Virus record (IMG/VR): IMGVR_UViG_3300035498_000877
Span: 225,235 to 289,234 of that record
Direction: 5' to 3' (one strand)
DNA: 64,000 nt
From: a virus
Taxonomy: Duplodnaviria; Caudoviricetes
Made by a program: the position numbers and the translations under genes. Shown one piece after another: positions 31,154 through 41,425 of the stretch. Each line of letters opens with the position of its first letter. Within the stretch, counting starts at the first letter, position 1. The notes beneath the pieces are model-generated. The model had not been told where the DNA came from. It saw nothing but the letters and a program-made list of their open reading frames with translations, and ran no database searches.

Positions 31154-32299
31154 ATGTCAAATGAAGAAAATAAAACAGCAAAAGCAGTTCAATCTTCGGT
31201 ATCTTCAATATATTCATCTTTATTAAATAAAAGAAAAGAACAAGAAGAAGCTAAAGAAGAACGTAAAAGATTAGAGAAAGAACAAGAATTAGCAGAGAAA
31301 GAGGCTAAAGAAACAAAACCTGATGGTACTAAGAAAACTAAAAAAGAAATAAGAGAAGAAGAACTAAAGAAGTGGAATGAAGTTCTTATTGGACTTACAG
31401 GAGATGATCTTGAATATACTTCTAAGAAAAGTAAAAAGAAAAGATTTAAGAAATGGATTGATGATGAAATTGGTGATGCAACTATAAATGCTAAACCAAA
31501 GAAAGTCAAGAAGAAAAACTATAATAAGGAATTTGAGTCAGAATTAAATATGCTAAAGAATCTTGTCACAGAACAAAATAAATTTACTCAAACTCTGCAA
31601 AAGAGATATGATATTATGGCTGGTCCAAATACTAAAGATGCAATGCCATTAAATAAAACTCAAGTAGATCTTGCTAGTGCAATAAATGCATCTAGAGCTA
31701 ACTCACTTGGAGTACTTAGAGAAATAGGTGGAATCAAGAAATCAATAGCTGACTTAACTATGAAACAGAAAAAACTTGATGCTGACCTTGGCGGTGCAGG
31801 AAATGTTGACTCTGCTGATATTGGACTGATGGGTTCATCTATAGCATCATCTCTATTTGGTGATTCCGGATCATACACAAATTCATATAATAATGGAGTT
31901 AGCGGCAATGGTGGAATAAATCCTGGAACATATGAACCACAAGTAAAGAACATAGTGCAAACTCCACAGATGGAAGCTGCTTATAGAAATGGAGAAATAT
32001 TAGGATCATCAAATAATTATGTTGATGCTGAATCATCATTCGACCCTTCTACTTGGGATGGAGGTCCATCATTAGATCCAAACAGTTCTATTATGTTTGA
32101 GAATATACCTCATCATGTAGTAGTTGAGTATCATGAGAATGAAGGAACTGCTAGATTCAAAGCTGTTAAAGATGAAGACGGTTCAGAATTAGTGGGATGT
32201 CCAGTACCAACTACAGATCCAAAGAATTTAACATTTAATACAAAAGATAAAATAGTTAAAGGTGAATTTGATGAGACCTATAAACTTGAAATTGTTTAA
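31154..32299 (+). CDS. Hypothetical protein (coiled-coil)
   Basis: 381-aa ORF with AAGGAG RBS. Confidence 0.75.
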   Translation: MSNEENKTAKAVQSSVSSIYSSLLNKRKEQEEAKEERKRLEKEQELAEKEAKETKPDGTKKTKKEIREEELKKWNEVLIGLTGDDLEYTSKKSKKKRFKKWIDDEIGDATINAKPKKVKKKNYNKEFESELNMLKNLVTEQNKFTQTLQKRYDIMAGPNTKDAMPLNKTQVDLASAINASRANSLGVLREIGGIKKSIADLTMKQKKLDADLGGAGNVDSADIGLMGSSIASSLFGDSGSYTNSYNNGVSGNGGINPGTYEPQVKNIVQTPQMEAAYRNGEILGSSNNYVDAESSFDPSTWDGGPSLDPNSSIMFENIPHHVVVEYHENEGTARFKAVKDEDGSELVGCPVPTTDPKNLTFNTKDKIVKGEFDETYKLEIV

Positions 32300-32308
32300 T
32301 GAAGGGAA

Positions 32309-35300
32309 GTGAATACAATGTCGAGAGATTCTAAACAAACAGATCCTCTTCAGAATTTATATTCCGACATAAAGAAAATTCTAAGTTTCACAGAGTTCAA
32401 AGATTTAAAGAAAGCAAATGCTAATGAAATATCATCCGAATCAGGTAATGTTGAGATGTGGATGAATTTAAAGTTGGGAAGAGATTCATATTTAACATAC
32501 ACAAAGTATTGGGATATCGCTATGTTCCAAGAAGTACTTCCAACAATTAAATGGAATAACTATCAATATTTCTTAGCTAATCCATATAATGTACCTTTAG
32601 ATTTCAGGGATAACTTATTAACTAGAGGAAGAGAAAGATTTCTTGCTGAGTATGAAGAGAAAAATAATTATTATAGAACATTATATGGATTACCTCCATA
32701 TGGTACTAATAAATCAGATTATATCTATTTATCTTCTAAAGTACGAAACCAATTACATGCATCAGAATTACCAGTTCATGAGTTATCTACTTTGATTCAG
32801 AATAATTATATTAATACTGATGAATATAAACAAGTATTAGCTGATAATCCTGATAAAGAATATCTTAAATACTTGGGTATGTATAAAATTGATCCATTTA
32901 CTGCTCGTAATGCAAAAGACTTTGATATTATTAGATATCCACTTGATCGAAATGATATAAATGAGAATCTATTAAATAGATTTGCTGCTATATATGCTGA
33001 TTGCCGTGAATATATAATGGTAGCTATTTATAATAGTCAACTTGAAGATATTTACACAGGATATAGAGATTTTATGAAGTTTCTAATACTAATGTATACT
33101 TTCCTTCAGGTTAATAATGCTGCAGTAGAATCAATTCATAATAAAAAATTCTTTGATGATTCAATATTGCATATATACTTATCAATATTTGGAATACCAG
33201 ATAATCTATCATTGACCAATGATGTGCGTAGAGACTTAGCAATCAATATGTGCAAGTTGATAAAAGAAAAAGGTACCAATGAAGTTTATTATGATTTAAT
33301 AAATTTATTAGGATATCAGGATGTTTCAGTTAGTAAGTTAATGTTAGTTAAAGGGCAACAATTTGATTCAGATAATAATTATATGGCATTATCTGAAGAT
33401 GATTCTAATTTCACATCAGTATCTGATATTGAAAATAAGAATATTAAAACTGATCCTTACTTTATTAAAGTAGACTTAACCGATGATGACCCATATAATA
33501 CTATAGTAAATTGTGATGCTCCTACATATTCATATCATGATATAGTTGATTCAGATCCTACTTGGTGGGATTTATCTGATACAAGAGAAATATTGTCAGC
33601 CAATAATTATAGTATTGCAGATTCAAAATATATTATGATAGAATCAACTATTCATCAGATGGAGTATATTACTGAAGCTATTTATTTCATGAGAATGGTA
33701 TTGGATAATAAAGAATCAACGGATGACTTTTATATGCAGTTACCAGAATTATTAGGAACATCAACTGTGTCAATATATGATGCATTAGTATTCATTTTAT
33801 GTGCAATGTGTATGAGCAATAATCTCAAAGGCACTATTATCAATGATGAAGAGAATTTATATGCAGTAGCTGGATTTAACTTTAATATGGATTATGATTC
33901 ATTTGAGGAGTATTTAAATTCTACTGAATATGTTGATAAGGAAAGAGTTATTGAATTCTTAAACAATCTTACTATGACAGATGAATCTGATATTAATAGA
34001 TTATTTAATGATGTAATAATTCCTATGAGAGAATGGTTAGAGCATAAGATAGAATCAACTACTATCAGAGAAGAGTATATTGAATATGAAAATATTTATA
34101 GAGCTTTATATACTTATGATATTAATTACAATACATTCTATGATGATTTTGAAATGCCATTGGAAATAATAGAAAAAGATAATGATATATCTGAAGAGGA
34201 TATGGAAGCATATAAATATTTCTATCCTCATAAATTAGCAGGTGGGCATGTAACTGTTGATGACTATAGTACATCTTCTTATAAGTATCCATTTCTTGAA
34301 AGAAATTATAAACCTACATGGTACATTCATATAGTAATAGAGACACCACAAGGAGAAGATGATCGTGGATATTTATATTTCTATGATGTATTGAATTGTG
34401 ATGATGTTAAATTATTAACTAATGATGATGGTACTAGAATATTTATGGACTATAATGATTCTGATGTAGGATGGGTAGTAAATCAGAAGGCAGTTAATAG
34501 AGCATTATATTTGATTGACCAATTAGATGAAACTGAATTATCTAAAGCATATTTCCAAATAGATACTCCAATACCTAATAGTGGTGGCAAACATTATGAT
34601 ATGGGAACTAAACTTCCTGCATCTATCCGCAATGGTACATATAAAAATGTACTTAAATCCAAAATTGAAATGGATATCAATGGATTATGTGATAAACCAA
34701 CTACTTATTTGGAGTATTTATATAGAAAGAATGAATCATTATATAATATTCTAATGGAAGATGATAGATTCAATACAAATAAAGACGCTTGGCTTGATGA
34801 TGTTTTGAAAGTAGTATTAGCTGTAGAAACAGAATTAGATTTACATATGAAATATTTCGAACAGTCTGTAGTAGGAACATCCTTATTCTTTAAACCATTA
34901 ATTACTTTGATTAAATACTTCAAATCAACTTTTGTTAATTTTGCAAAAACTGAATTCAACTATATTTTTGATGATAAAATGGATGCAGGTGGTAATTGTA
35001 ATATGATTAAATTATTTGATGAAGTATTATTTAAAATTCATTTTGTAACATTAGGAAATACTGGATATGAATCCCAATTAGGTTTCTATGATGCTATTCA
35101 TAAAATGACTAAACATATATTGATGAAAGATAGATCTACATTGATGAATAAATCAATAAATATATTTGAGGAATCTGGAAAACCAATACGAATGGGTTCT
35201 GTTGGATTAGTAGATGAAGTTAAATTCTATAAGAATGGAACTGAATTAGATCCCGATGGAAGTAAAGCATATTGGATTCATGGAGAAGATAATTCATATA

Positions 35301-35392
35301 CTTATTTAATGAATAATAGAGATAGTAAAGAAACTGTACAAAATGTTGATTTAGAAGGATGGAAAGACTATGTAGTATCATACAATCCATAA
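32309..35392 (+). CDS. Large virion structural protein, possibly baseplate
   Basis: 1027-aa ORF; KEKGTNEVYYDLINLLG resembles baseplate-wedge KGT motifs; lies upstream of a fibre gene. Confidence 0.45.
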   Translation: MNTMSRDSKQTDPLQNLYSDIKKILSFTEFKDLKKANANEISSESGNVEMWMNLKLGRDSYLTYTKYWDIAMFQEVLPTIKWNNYQYFLANPYNVPLDFRDNLLTRGRERFLAEYEEKNNYYRTLYGLPPYGTNKSDYIYLSSKVRNQLHASELPVHELSTLIQNNYINTDEYKQVLADNPDKEYLKYLGMYKIDPFTARNAKDFDIIRYPLDRNDINENLLNRFAAIYADCREYIMVAIYNSQLEDIYTGYRDFMKFLILMYTFLQVNNAAVESIHNKKFFDDSILHIYLSIFGIPDNLSLTNDVRRDLAINMCKLIKEKGTNEVYYDLINLLGYQDVSVSKLMLVKGQQFDSDNNYMALSEDDSNFTSVSDIENKNIKTDPYFIKVDLTDDDPYNTIVNCDAPTYSYHDIVDSDPTWWDLSDTREILSANNYSIADSKYIMIESTIHQMEYITEAIYFMRMVLDNKESTDDFYMQLPELLGTSTVSIYDALVFILCAMCMSNNLKGTIINDEENLYAVAGFNFNMDYDSFEEYLNSTEYVDKERVIEFLNNLTMTDESDINRLFNDVIIPMREWLEHKIESTTIREEYIEYENIYRALYTYDINYNTFYDDFEMPLEIIEKDNDISEEDMEAYKYFYPHKLAGGHVTVDDYSTSSYKYPFLERNYKPTWYIHIVIETPQGEDDRGYLYFYDVLNCDDVKLLTNDDGTRIFMDYNDSDVGWVVNQKAVNRALYLIDQLDETELSKAYFQIDTPIPNSGGKHYDMGTKLPASIRNGTYKNVLKSKIEMDINGLCDKPTTYLEYLYRKNESLYNILMEDDRFNTNKDAWLDDVLKVVLAVETELDLHMKYFEQSVVGTSLFFKPLITLIKYFKSTFVNFAKTEFNYIFDDKMDAGGNCNMIKLFDEVLFKIHFVTLGNTGYESQLGFYDAIHKMTKHILMKDRSTLMNKSINIFEESGKPIRMGSVGLVDEVKFYKNGTELDPDGSKAYWIHGEDNSYTYLMNNRDSKETVQNVDLEGWKDYVVSYNP

Positions 35393-35591
35393 TAAGTAGG
35401 GGGGATTAATATCCCCTCTATATTTTTATTATTTTAATAAAACGAATAAAATTTAAGAGGGTGACTGATTTACTACAAATTTTTAAGTATTAAAAATATT
35501 ATAATTACATCTATCGGAATTTGACATAATAGCCTAATATTTTTGATAAAATAACTTTATAACATTTTAAAAATAGAAGGGAGAAACTATT

Positions 35592-36898
35592 ATGAGTAAC
35601 AAAGTACTTGGGGGGGGGGTTCATTAAAATCCCTAATTAATATAATTAGAAATGGTAATGATGATAAATATGCTGATTTATTAAAATATGGCAATAAAGC
35701 TATTAGTTTAGGCAGAAAAGCTGATACTAATATTGGAGATCATTCTTCAGCTGTAGGATATAATAATGCAGCATTGGGAATATATAGTCATGCTGAAGGT
35801 GTTTATACTACTGCAAAAAATCCATATTCTCATGCTGAGGGATGCGGTACTACAGCTGGTTCAGATGATAATGATAGTGATGAGTTTAGTTATAATACAT
35901 ATGATGGTACATGTTATGATGAAGATGGATTTTCTAGACGCTCACAACATGCAGAAGGAGAATATACCATAGCATTACATGGAGCTTCTCATACTGAGGG
36001 ATGTTATACTATGGCAATAGGTTTATGTTCTCATGCTGAGGGTGCAGGATGTGAATATGAAATAGGCCCAGAATCATCCCTCAATCTATCAGGAGATTAT
36101 GCTTATAGTAAAGCTGTTGGTGATTATTCACATGTAGAAGGATTCCATAATCTAGCAGCAGATTATCAACATGTGCAAGGACATTTCAATGAATGGAAAA
36201 GTGGTGGACATCATTATGGTGTTTATGGTACTGCATTTATAATTGGTAACGGGACATATGATGGTTCAACAAAAGAAATTACAAATAGTAATGCATTCAG
36301 AGTTACTTATAAGGGAGAGACATATGCTCAAGCTGCATATTCTGCAACTGGTGCTGACTATGCTGAGTACTTTGAGTGGTTAGATGGTAATCCAGATAAT
36401 GAAGATAGACGTGGTAAGTTTGTTACAATGGATGGTAAAAAGATAACCTTTGCTAAAGAAGGAGATTGGGTATTAGGAATAGTATCTGCTAATCCATGTG
36501 TACTTGGTAATACTGATACTGAGTGGCAAGGCAAATTCATGAAAGATGAGTTTGGATCATATATAAAAGAAAAGTCAATTCAAACTATTAAATTACCTAA
36601 AAAAGTAACTGATGCAAATGGTAATGTCACTTTTGAAAAGATTGACCAAGAAGTAGAATTCTATAAAGTAAATCCTGATTATGATCCAGATAAAGAATAT
36701 GTACAACGTGATGATAGACCAGAATGGAGTGCTATTGGTATGCTAGGAGTACTTGCTGTATATGATGATGGCACATGTGAAGTAAATGGATTCTGCAAAT
36801 GTAATAATAACTCAATAGCTACTAAATCAGATACAGGTTATAGAGTAATAGAACGTGTTACAGATAACATTGTAAGAATAGTATTTAGTGTAAGATAA
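35592..36898 (+). CDS. Tail fibre/spike with SHAEG (YadA-head-like) repeats and C-terminal peptidase-G2-type chaperone; frameshifted at a G10 tract
   Basis: RBS + ATG 35592 reads MSNKVLGGGVH*; the -1 frame is open from the tract into ORF 35774-36898; seven xxH(A/T/V)(E/Q)G repeats; GADYAEYFEW...LGIVS...RPEWSAIGMLG. Confidence 0.8.
35610..35619 (+). repeat. G10 homopolymer in the fibre-gene 5' cassette
   Basis: GTACTT-G10-TTCATTAAAATCCCTAAT. Confidence 0.9.
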
Positions 36899-36909
36899 AA
36901 TAAGTATAT

Positions 36910-36940
36910 TAGAAGAGGGATTTATATCCCTCTTCTATTA
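36910..36940. terminator. Terminator between convergent genes
   Basis: TAGAAGAGGGA/TCCCTCTTCTA. Confidence 0.65.
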
Positions 36941-36944
36941 TTAA

Positions 36945-38258
36945 TTATTCGATTATCATTTCATTTATGTAATTCAAATATTTACCACGATAAATCATAT
37001 AATGATCAACCAATGTAATTAATTTTGAAACAATATCTGTAAGTTGATTAATTACATCAAGTAAAGCTCTTTCAGAAGTAATTTCAATATATTGTGGATA
37101 ATACTCAGATAATTCTTTACTATTTTTTACAGTATTCCAAAATTCATTACGTTTGTCTATTACATCTGGAGTATTCCAATTATCAGGTTTATTAGTTTTA
37201 TTAGTAATGACATCATCAAGTTTATTTTTATAATCAATTGTGTGATATCTAGCTGTTGCCCCAATTACCATATGTGATGCTTTATTATCTCTAGCAATAT
37301 TAAAATCTTTATAATATTGAGCAATATGACCAACTAAAGTACCAGATGATGGACTTCCAGACATTGAATAAATATAGCTTTGTAATAAGACATATAAATC
37401 ATTCAATAAATTACCAGCAGTAATAATATCAATATTGGTATCACCCATCTTTGGAATCATTTCAGTTTCAACAGATAATACTCCATCTAATACCATAATT
37501 AGAGAATTATATCCAATAGTCTCATTTATTGAAAGAGATTGATTGCCATATATTGCTTCAGCGATAGATGCAAATTCATCAAAATCCTCTTTATCTAATT
37601 TATGTAATGCATCTGCACTAGCAGCATGTTTTGGTTTAGACAACATAACATGATCAATCCCATAAAATTTAATATTCAAACCATCATTTGCATGCATATG
37701 AGCATCATATAATATTTTACCAGCCTTTGAATATCTTTCTTTTTTCTCTGCATTTTCTTTAGCTTTTTCTTCACCACGTTTCATCATATCATCTAATTTT
37801 TCTTCAGTTGCTTTAATATCTTTTTTATTGGCTGGCTTATGATCTTCATCTACAGGATTAGAAGCTTTATCTGATTTACTTTTATTTAGTTTATTAATAA
37901 TATTTTCAACTTCTTTTTTAACAGTTGTCTTGTCTTTATGGGTTAACTTTTTGAATATTCCGGTTACCCATCCAGTAAATTTGCTATACCATTTCTTAAC
38001 AAGTTCAACTGCTTTCCAGAATGCTTCAGAAATTTTTTTACTAACTGATTTAGCTTTATTAGTTAAATCATCAATTCCTTCAGTAAAATATAATGATTCT
38101 GTAATTGCTTCATTATCAGAATTATTAGTTCCAAATTGAAGTGATTCTAAATATATACTATACAAATTATATTGTGCTATTGCTTGTTGCATTTCGAAGT
38201 AATCTTTTGTATATTGATAATTCTCTAGGTAATTAATATCTTCAAATGTTAATTGCAT
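36945..38258 (-). CDS. Probable internal head protein
   Basis: AAAGGAG RBS before ATG 38258; acidic N-terminal segment with YLES/ITES/FTEG, then an amphipathic W/F helix. Confidence 0.5.
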   Translation of the reverse strand: MQLTFEDINYLENYQYTKDYFEMQQAIAQYNLYSIYLESLQFGTNNSDNEAITESLYFTEGIDDLTNKAKSVSKKISEAFWKAVELVKKWYSKFTGWVTGIFKKLTHKDKTTVKKEVENIINKLNKSKSDKASNPVDEDHKPANKKDIKATEEKLDDMMKRGEEKAKENAEKKERYSKAGKILYDAHMHANDGLNIKFYGIDHVMLSKPKHAASADALHKLDKEDFDEFASIAEAIYGNQSLSINETIGYNSLIMVLDGVLSVETEMIPKMGDTNIDIITAGNLLNDLYVLLQSYIYSMSGSPSSGTLVGHIAQYYKDFNIARDNKASHMVIGATARYHTIDYKNKLDDVITNKTNKPDNWNTPDVIDKRNEFWNTVKNSKELSEYYPQYIEITSERALLDVINQLTDIVSKLITLVDHYMIYRGKYLNYINEMIIE

Positions 38259-38277
38259 AGTTAAATACTCCTTTCTA

Positions 38278-40524
38278 TTAATAACAATCCCAGCTGAAAA
38301 ATACTGTACCATTGAATTTTCTATTCATTAAATTAGTTTTACTAATAAAGAAATTAGCTACTCCATTATCACCCCATGTGATACCTTTATTATCACTATC
38401 TATCTGAAGTAATAATTCAGTGTATTCACCTTTACGAGCATCCCATTGAGTAAAGAATGGATATCCACCAATTCTGTGTCCATCTGGGATACCTTTTATC
38501 CATAAACCTTCATCAATAGCTTTATCTGCAGATCTATTTTTGTGATATAATTCATGTGCTTTACATCCAAATTCTTTTTGAACTAATGGGTCTAAAATTT
38601 CATAATACTCATTACATGTCATATTTACCCATTGCTCTTGTAATGTTCCTTTGATTGGAAAGCATCCTGTAAATGCACCTATTTGACCATTATTCCAATC
38701 ATTAGTATAAGTTGTTTTTACAATATCATTTGATTGTTTCTTGTTGAGATTTGTGTGATATATGCATGTTATACCTTTGGTAGTGCCCCATCTTTCGTCA
38801 TCGGCTATGAAAAATTGTAATAGACCTGATGTTGGATAACCTTTTAATTTTGGTAATTCGGCAAAATTAATCTGAGCTATCATAGTTAAAGGAACTTTCT
38901 TTCCATTAGTATTAGTATATGTTGGCCACTTCATACCTTCAGGCCAATATGGTATACCGCCAATTTTACTTTTAATTAGATAACTTTTTATATCAATTTC
39001 TTTACTAATTTTTTCAGATGTTGATAATTTAATAGATTGCTTTTTAGATTTAGATTTTACTGTTTCAATGATTCTATCTACTTTAGCACGCTCTTCAGCA
39101 GTTAATGGTTTTTGAGGAGAAGTTGTTGCTGAATGCTGAACTTTACCACTCTTATTATTCTTATTAGCTATTGACCTACTTTTTCTAATAGAAAATAATT
39201 TAACTGGGTTATCAGCTCTACGTATTTTGTTTTTTCTACTAGTAGCTTCAGTATATTCAGTTGATTCTTTAACCTCTTTATCTTCTTCTTTGTCCTCTTC
39301 TTTATCTTCGTCCTTTTTCTCTTCTTTGGTATCTTTCTCCTCTTGCTTAATCAATGCTTGATTTATAATTTTATTCATATTAGTCTCAAGCATATCCTTA
39401 TCATTGATATAAGCATCAAGTAATGTTTCTGCTTCCTTCAGATCTTCTTCAATCTGTTTCTTAACTTCCTTAGGAATATTAGGATCTTTCAGATCTTCTT
39501 TATACTCTTTGATCAATGCTCTGAATCTATGAACATCAGTTTTATGTTCATCACTGATTAATTCCATTGTCATAGAAGTAATAAACTCTTCTCGTTCAGC
39601 TTCCAGTTTATATCTAGTCATTATCTTTTCATTATAATACTTATCTACTTTACTTAACCCTGATATTAATTCTGGACCATATCCGTACATTCTGGAAATG
39701 TTATCAGCATATGCTTCCTCAAAATCTTTTCTAGTAAAGCGTTTATCTTTCTTAATAATATCTTCTATTCGTTGTTTATTCTTTTCAGTAATTTCACCTT
39801 CTTGATGTTTCCATTTCTTTAATTTTGATTTAAACCAATATGAAAACTTTTGGAGTCCAACTTTTATAGCAATTAATGCACATAAAGCAGCAAATATAAC
39901 TCCAATGGCATATACACCTTTCTTTTCTTTAGTTGATTGATATTTCTTTTCAGCATTAGTAAGTGATCCATTTCTATCAGTAAGATATTTAGATATAATA
40001 TTTGATTCAGTATATGAAATATTTACAAGTGCTGGATCAATATTATGACCAAATTCATGAAGTATAATTGCTATCAATTCTCCTGGTGTTAATAATTTAA
40101 TAATTCCTAATGATATAGCCATCTCGAATATTAATGAATTTGATACATCTTTGAAACCTTTATCTGTTACAATACCTTCAATAGGATATCTATTATATGT
40201 ATAAGCATAAGCATTTAACTCACACGTCTCAAATGTATCACTTTTTTCACTATATTTTTCAATAAATGGATGAACTGCTACAGTTCTAAATCCAAATATA
40301 CTTTTTAATTCATCCTCAAAATCTTTCCATAATTTATTACGCCAAAATGTTTGTGGATCAAAATCTTTATTTTCTTTCTTTTGAGCTGCAATCTGTGTCT
40401 CTAATTCGCTCTTTATATCAGTCATTATTGATTGAAGTTTTTCTAATGTTTTTTTACCTTCAGCAAATACTGCTTCCTGATATATGCTGTCTATATTTTT
40501 TCCTAGTTCAAAACCATTATACAT
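38278..40524 (-). CDS. Zincin metallopeptidase-like protein fused to a DUF1963/YwqG-like domain
   Basis: ELIAIILHEFGH, EEAYAD, YGYG; C-terminal SKIGGIPYWP, GLLQFF, HRIGGYPFFTQ, LLLQIDS, WGDNG. Confidence 0.7.
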   Translation of the reverse strand: MYNGFELGKNIDSIYQEAVFAEGKKTLEKLQSIMTDIKSELETQIAAQKKENKDFDPQTFWRNKLWKDFEDELKSIFGFRTVAVHPFIEKYSEKSDTFETCELNAYAYTYNRYPIEGIVTDKGFKDVSNSLIFEMAISLGIIKLLTPGELIAIILHEFGHNIDPALVNISYTESNIISKYLTDRNGSLTNAEKKYQSTKEKKGVYAIGVIFAALCALIAIKVGLQKFSYWFKSKLKKWKHQEGEITEKNKQRIEDIIKKDKRFTRKDFEEAYADNISRMYGYGPELISGLSKVDKYYNEKIMTRYKLEAEREEFITSMTMELISDEHKTDVHRFRALIKEYKEDLKDPNIPKEVKKQIEEDLKEAETLLDAYINDKDMLETNMNKIINQALIKQEEKDTKEEKKDEDKEEDKEEDKEVKESTEYTEATSRKNKIRRADNPVKLFSIRKSRSIANKNNKSGKVQHSATTSPQKPLTAEERAKVDRIIETVKSKSKKQSIKLSTSEKISKEIDIKSYLIKSKIGGIPYWPEGMKWPTYTNTNGKKVPLTMIAQINFAELPKLKGYPTSGLLQFFIADDERWGTTKGITCIYHTNLNKKQSNDIVKTTYTNDWNNGQIGAFTGCFPIKGTLQEQWVNMTCNEYYEILDPLVQKEFGCKAHELYHKNRSADKAIDEGLWIKGIPDGHRIGGYPFFTQWDARKGEYTELLLQIDSDNKGITWGDNGVANFFISKTNLMNRKFNGTVFFSWDCY

Positions 40525-40585
40525 TTTGATTGTCTCCTTTACTATATATTTTAAAAAATTATTTTTAAAGAGAGGTAGATATGAT

Positions 40586-41362
40586 ATGAAGTTTCATGAA
40601 GAATATGAACGAATAGTTTCAGAGAGTGAAGAATCGATTAAATTATTTCAAAAATCTATGATAAATGCTATAGCTTCTTATGTGTATAGCGAGTATCTAC
40701 TCCGATGTAATATCAACGAAGATAAAACATATTCAGTACCATGTATAGATAGTGTTAAGAAGTTTTTAAAGAAGAATGGATTATTTATGAATTATTTAAA
40801 AGGGTCGGGGATAATTTATATGCAACATAATTCATTATTAATTAATAATATAAAGGAATATTCTGATTTCAATATATTTAAATATTTAGATTTTCTAGAA
40901 TTGATATTTGTTAATTATGTAGAGAATAATGCAGCTGAATTCATATCAAAAATAATTGCTAATAAATTTAGTTTAGATAAAAAACTCGAACATCCAGTGG
41001 CTATAGAAGACTTTAATAAAAAATTTAACTTTCAAACATTACTGCCAACTCTAGCAGATATTGATTATATTGTTGATGCAATGTTCGGAAATATGATTTA
41101 TTATTCTAAGCAGATTGAAAAAGAGGAAGTATCAATATTAACTTATACAATTATAGACTTGGAGTTTTTTAGATATTCATTTGTAGTAATTGATCATCAG
41201 AATGCAATATGCCCAGTCATATTGAATAGTGATATGATATTTAAATGGAAAAATGACAATCATATTTTAAAAATGACTAATAGTAAAATTGTAGAAGATT
41301 CAATAATATCAACTTCGAAAAATAATAATGTAAAATATTATAGAACAAGATTAGAGGTATAA
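40586..41362 (+). CDS. Hypothetical protein
   Basis: GAGGT RBS before ATG 40586. Confidence 0.65.
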   Translation: MKFHEEYERIVSESEESIKLFQKSMINAIASYVYSEYLLRCNINEDKTYSVPCIDSVKKFLKKNGLFMNYLKGSGIIYMQHNSLLINNIKEYSDFNIFKYLDFLELIFVNYVENNAAEFISKIIANKFSLDKKLEHPVAIEDFNKKFNFQTLLPTLADIDYIVDAMFGNMIYYSKQIEKEEVSILTYTIIDLEFFRYSFVVIDHQNAICPVILNSDMIFKWKNDNHILKMTNSKIVEDSIISTSKNNNVKYYRTRLEV

Positions 41363-41425
41363 TTATACCTCTAATCTATTATTTTTAAAGATATATTATA
41401 TTATTATAAAGGAGGTAAGATTATT

